From an uncultured archaeon (GTDB lineage: Archaea; Nanobdellota; Nanobdellia; Woesearchaeales; CAIVOO01), in the NCBI GenBank assembly GCA_903904885.1, contig CAIVED010000027.1, forward strand, positions 1,558 through 65,557: DNA of 64,000 nt, read 5' to 3'. Shown here one piece after another: positions 59,836-64,000 of this stretch. The position numbers were made by a program, and so were the translations under genes. A model generated the notes under the pieces. That model had not been told where the DNA came from, made no database searches, and worked only from the letters and a program-made list of their open reading frames with translations. Position 1 is the stretch's first letter. Every line of letters begins with the position of its first letter.

Positions 59836-61839
59836 ATGAAATGGACCCTGGCGCTATTTATTCTGCTGATTTTAATCCCCATAGCCCAGGCCCCCTGCGA
59901 CACATCAAAGCCGACAGCAGAATGCTACAATGATGCATCATTCTATTCCAACTCAGACCCTGCCAGATGGGACTGGAACTATGTAAACCTTCAAAAAATC
60001 GACTGGAGCAACAACCCAAAACTGCAGGACGAGCTGAACAGAAACCCGGAGAGCGCCAAAAAATACCTTCAAAAAACCGGATGCCCAACCTGCAGCCTTG
60101 ATAACACCCAAAACACAGGAAGACTGGCTTTTTCTGAAAGAGGCATAATGCACCCAAATGGAGATTTTGTTTCACCAGCCAGCTATTATGCCGGCACAAA
60201 ATTTACTGCAACTGACAAGGGCATTGTTGTAACTCCATCAATATCAAGAACAAACACAATAAATGTCCCTCCAAAAACAGACACTGTTACAATCGACACA
60301 GGAGGAAACTCATTTTTCATTATGGAAGGCAGCAAAGAACTTACAGCAGACATCAATGGAAAAATTACTTTCAGGAACGGACAGGCCTACCTGAACGTAG
60401 GCGATAATGTTATCATAGGCCAGGTAAAGGTGGAACCCCTCACCATACTTGGGGAAAATCCCGTGAACAAAGATGTAAGAATATTTTTTGACGGGCTTCC
60501 CCACACTGGAACAAGTGAAGATTACCTTTCCATAAACACCAACCCTGATTCAAAGAAATTTTTTGTACACGCCGACAGCAATGCGGGGGGAATCGGGCTG
60601 ACATTCCTGAAAAACAACCCTTTTTTTGACATGAAGAGGGACACGGACAGGGTGCGCATCTTTGCGGACTACAATGCCAACATTGCCTATCTGCCGGTTT
60701 CCCTGGAAAACCAGTACCCCAAAGTCCAGGTGACAGAAACCAGCAACGACAAAGTCGGCTACGGCATTGACAACGGCCCGCTGAACTTTTACAAGGAATA
60801 CAACAAAGCAGGGGGGAAAGGCTACTCAACAAGCAACGAGCTGCTTTCTTCTTTTGACACAGACCCGAAGCTTACAACTGCAAGAATGGCCATAACCCTT
60901 GCCGACAGCAGCGGAAACCCAATCATTACTGCAGCAAATTTGAACGGGAAACAGGTCAGCCTGAAAACAATAACTATAAATGAGAATAAGCAGGCATTTT
61001 TTGTAACAGACCAAGGAGAAATGATAAAATTTGACCAGGGCGCATTTCAGCCCGGGCAGCCGCTGCCACTTATGCAAATGCTCAATAATCCAACTGTAAT
61101 GAATGTTCGCTCATCAACCGGAAATGCAAAAGTTCTCATCACAGAAAAAGAGCTAAACGAAGATGAAATGCGGGCTTTGCTGCAAAGTTATCCCGACTAC
61201 AAAATTATAAGTGGGGTTCCGCCAGAAAAATTAAGTGGGATTATGAAAATACTAGACAATCTTCCTCCGGAAATGATAAACAGTCTCAGAGGGGTAAATG
61301 TTTTTAAGGATGACAAGTACTATGCGGATTACATAAAGGATAAATATAAGATTGCTCCTAAAGGTGTCGCTGGCATTGCTCTGGATGGGGGAGTTGTTCT
61401 GATTCCGCCACTGGCGCTTGAGTGCTCTGGAGAGTGCACAGATGCAGAGTTTAAAAGCCAATACAAGCTTTTCTATCATGAGATAGGGCATGAATTTGAG
61501 TCCCGCCTTAAAGCAGAGGCAAGCCAAAGCGGATTGCCAACGATTGATGAAGAATGGGGGAGACTGAAGATCCCCTATGGTAAAGAAGCGAAGGGTGTAA
61601 ATGACAAGGACATCTCAGACTTTGCCCCCCATGGCGGCTGCATAACTAACTATGCCTGCAAGAACCCTGGAGAGAATTTTGCAGAGACCATAAGCATAGC
61701 AGAAGCATACCCCGAGAAATTCAAAGCTTTGGTGGACTGCAGCAAGACAAAAGAGTGCAGAATATACGAAGAAGAAATCAAAATCGCATGCAAATACGGC
61801 GCATTGAGCACTGAAAGGTGCAAGTCTTTTGGGATGTGA
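59836..61839 (+). CDS. Secreted zincin metallopeptidase, paralog 2
   Basis: Colinear with paralog 1; HEIGH, YACKNPGENFAE. Confidence 0.78.
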   Translation: MKWTLALFILLILIPIAQAPCDTSKPTAECYNDASFYSNSDPARWDWNYVNLQKIDWSNNPKLQDELNRNPESAKKYLQKTGCPTCSLDNTQNTGRLAFSERGIMHPNGDFVSPASYYAGTKFTATDKGIVVTPSISRTNTINVPPKTDTVTIDTGGNSFFIMEGSKELTADINGKITFRNGQAYLNVGDNVIIGQVKVEPLTILGENPVNKDVRIFFDGLPHTGTSEDYLSINTNPDSKKFFVHADSNAGGIGLTFLKNNPFFDMKRDTDRVRIFADYNANIAYLPVSLENQYPKVQVTETSNDKVGYGIDNGPLNFYKEYNKAGGKGYSTSNELLSSFDTDPKLTTARMAITLADSSGNPIITAANLNGKQVSLKTITINENKQAFFVTDQGEMIKFDQGAFQPGQPLPLMQMLNNPTVMNVRSSTGNAKVLITEKELNEDEMRALLQSYPDYKIISGVPPEKLSGIMKILDNLPPEMINSLRGVNVFKDDKYYADYIKDKYKIAPKGVAGIALDGGVVLIPPLALECSGECTDAEFKSQYKLFYHEIGHEFESRLKAEASQSGLPTIDEEWGRLKIPYGKEAKGVNDKDISDFAPHGGCITNYACKNPGENFAETISIAEAYPEKFKALVDCSKTKECRIYEEEIKIACKYGALSTERCKSFGM

Positions 61840-61847
61840 AAGAAAAA

Positions 61848-63809
61848 ATGAATAAAAAAATCTTAATTTGCTTTATTGCATTGATTCTTTTAGCTGCGAC
61901 TGCCCATGCAGCATGCGACTATTCCGCAAAGGAAAAAATAACTGCAGAATGCTATGACAGCGCTGAATTCTACCAAAAATCAAACCCTGCGCTGTGGAAC
62001 TTTGCACAGGTAAAATGGGACAACCCTGCTATATGGAGCAACCCCAAAATACAGAACACATTAAACACAAACGAGAACGCAAGAAACGAATACTTCAAAA
62101 AAACAGGATGCGCAGGATGCACATTTGTTAAGATAACTGATATCTATTGTGACGCCAAAAAAGTCCCAAGTTGCGCATCCGCCAATGCTGCGATGGCAAA
62201 TTTTCTTACTTTTTCCAGCACAGGAATCAAGCACCAAAACGGCGACTTTGTAACACCAAAAAACTATCCAGAAGGAACAGCGATAAGGGCAGACAAAAAT
62301 GGCATAACAGTTTTCCTGACAAGCAAGGCCAAATCAATAAATGTTCCAGCAACTGACACTCTTACCATAAATACAGCACTCTCTAATAATCCCACATTGA
62401 CTGGGGCAGGAATTCCTACGGGAGTTATCGTAAAAGGTTCTCTAAGCTTCAAAAACGGCCAGGCATATGTAAAAGGGGGGGCTAGTGCAACCATAAATAA
62501 TGTTGAGATAAAAACATTTACTGATACCCTCATCTTTTTCAATGGGGAACGGCAACCTCTAGCAGAGAATAAAGATTACATCTCATTGAACCCTTCAACC
62601 AGAAAAATGTTCATTAACAGCAAAAGCGAGTTTGGCATTGCAAGTATAGATTTTCAGGAAAATAATCCGTTCTTCAAAATAGAGAAAAAAGATGAATTGA
62701 GCATTTGGGGCATAAAGAATGCTGAAATTAGCATTCGAAACAGGGACTCGGAACTCCTGATTCCTGCGGTGAATATAAAAGCAAAAAATCAGGACTCATC
62801 TGTAGAAATTAGTTCTGGAATGGTAAACATTATTTTGAAGGGGAAAACCCGATTGTTAGGGGAACCACGTTTAGAGGCAGATATCAATTATGGTAACGCA
62901 GGTTCTTCTCCAATGAGCATAACTGCGCAGGATGAAAATGGAAAAAGCTTGCTTGGAACTGACAAAAACCCCCAAAAAATTGTCATAGACAACTACAATG
63001 AATTTGTAACAATAAGCGAGAAAGAGGGTGAAGGGTTAGGCAAAGAGGGGTGGAAGGTAAGTGAAAGATTGAAAATGAACTACGACCCCCAGACAGCTGT
63101 GCAGGGAAGAGCCATAATCCTGGATAAAAGGCCAAGCGACAGGGAATTGCAAAGATTGATTGCGACCAGTAACGGGAAGGTTATAATAATGGGAGTTACA
63201 GATCCGGCGATGGCAAGGGAAATATACGACTCGCTTTTAAAAATGCCTACTAAACTGGCTGGCAGCGTATTTGCAATTGATGTGACAAGTTCTGATAAAG
63301 AATTTGCTAAGCTATTAAGTGGAAATCCGAACTCAGACACGGGTGCTACTCAGGCTTTTGCAGGACCTGATGGGATTGTTGTTTTTAAAGGAAACGAATT
63401 TTTTAATCAGAGGAATTTATTTCATGAAAGCGCGCATACGCGTGTTTTTTCGTTAGCTCAAACTAACCCCGAGTTTTCAAATGCCTGGAACTCTGCAGCA
63501 GGCAATGTTTACGGAAAAGGCCTCGCACTTCCGCTTCCTGGCAATACATTGCCTGTAGCCTGGGCAGATGGCAGCGATGGCGCAAGAAATGGGTGTGTTA
63601 GAGCATACGGCTGTAACGAACTGCATGAAGACGTTGCAACATTTACAGAGATGGCTTATACCAAACCGGATAATATGAAGATATTGGTTAGAGGAAAAGA
63701 CCCAAGATATCTACAAAAACTTGATTTGTGCTGCTCTTACGGATTTATGGACGGGGCGCAGTACAAGCTCATAACAGGAAACACAAAAAAGTGTGGTGAA
63801 GCAGGATGA
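61848..63809 (+). CDS. Secreted zincin metallopeptidase, paralog 3
   Basis: ATG 61848; shared N-terminal motifs; HESAH, YGCNELHEDVA. Confidence 0.75.
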   Translation: MNKKILICFIALILLAATAHAACDYSAKEKITAECYDSAEFYQKSNPALWNFAQVKWDNPAIWSNPKIQNTLNTNENARNEYFKKTGCAGCTFVKITDIYCDAKKVPSCASANAAMANFLTFSSTGIKHQNGDFVTPKNYPEGTAIRADKNGITVFLTSKAKSINVPATDTLTINTALSNNPTLTGAGIPTGVIVKGSLSFKNGQAYVKGGASATINNVEIKTFTDTLIFFNGERQPLAENKDYISLNPSTRKMFINSKSEFGIASIDFQENNPFFKIEKKDELSIWGIKNAEISIRNRDSELLIPAVNIKAKNQDSSVEISSGMVNIILKGKTRLLGEPRLEADINYGNAGSSPMSITAQDENGKSLLGTDKNPQKIVIDNYNEFVTISEKEGEGLGKEGWKVSERLKMNYDPQTAVQGRAIILDKRPSDRELQRLIATSNGKVIIMGVTDPAMAREIYDSLLKMPTKLAGSVFAIDVTSSDKEFAKLLSGNPNSDTGATQAFAGPDGIVVFKGNEFFNQRNLFHESAHTRVFSLAQTNPEFSNAWNSAAGNVYGKGLALPLPGNTLPVAWADGSDGARNGCVRAYGCNELHEDVATFTEMAYTKPDNMKILVRGKDPRYLQKLDLCCSYGFMDGAQYKLITGNTKKCGEAG

Positions 63810-64000
63810 AAGCAAAACTGATTTTATTTTTTATGGTTTTTTTGTGCGCAATAAACGCAGCACTGGGAGTAAGCCACTATTACGAAATCAATCTAATTTA
63901 CAATGACAGCAAAATCACCTATGAATACGTTATAGTCAGCCTATTACAAGCAGACGAGCAAATAGGAAATCTTCCTGGCAGTTATAGCGCAGAAATAGTT
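63806..64000 (+). CDS. Partner protein, paralog of 59235..59828 (partial)
   Basis: MKAKLILFF...HYYEINLIYNDS..GNLPGSYSAEIV. Confidence 0.7.
   Translation, partial: MKAKLILFFMVFLCAINAALGVSHYYEINLIYNDSKITYEYVIVSLLQADEQIGNLPGSYSAEIV

Overview
Gene-dense, AT-rich archaeal window. Archaeal TATA boxes, BHB-type tRNA introns, rnp4, carS, dph5, ATP-dependent ligase and a Hel308-type helicase, together with bacterial-type GAPDH and many ITG-motif or class III signal-peptide surface proteins, suggest a DPANN (Woesearchaeota-like) genome; this taxonomy is inference. Housekeeping content includes ppsA-gap-pgk, ftsZ, lig, rubrerythrin, lipid genes and an ABC exporter. There are four tRNAs: Asn(GTT) and Gln(TTG) with two introns each, Arg(GCG) with one, and Ile(GAT) with none. 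Main observations: (1) two free-standing LAGLIDADG endonuclease genes abut exactly the two tRNAs with non-canonical introns, and one is flanked by a duplicated, intron-less 5' piece of its tRNA, a candidate tRNA-homing system; (2) a dispersed 170-290 bp structured repeat family in 4 copies with covarying stems and nested twin-hairpin inserts; (3) a CRISPR-less island with a Csa3-like CARF-HTH gene heading DUF262, DUF2779 and Bro-N genes, divergent from a GTPase-less FtsZ-C fusion; (4) a tandem array of secreted HExxH metalloprotease paralogs with partner genes behind a pilin-like gene; (5) a 95-bp att-like duplication around a single cargo gene; (6) a candidate C/D box sRNA and triple CGCCAA-loop hairpins upstream of ftsZ. 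All calls come from reading motifs by eye; no database search was run.
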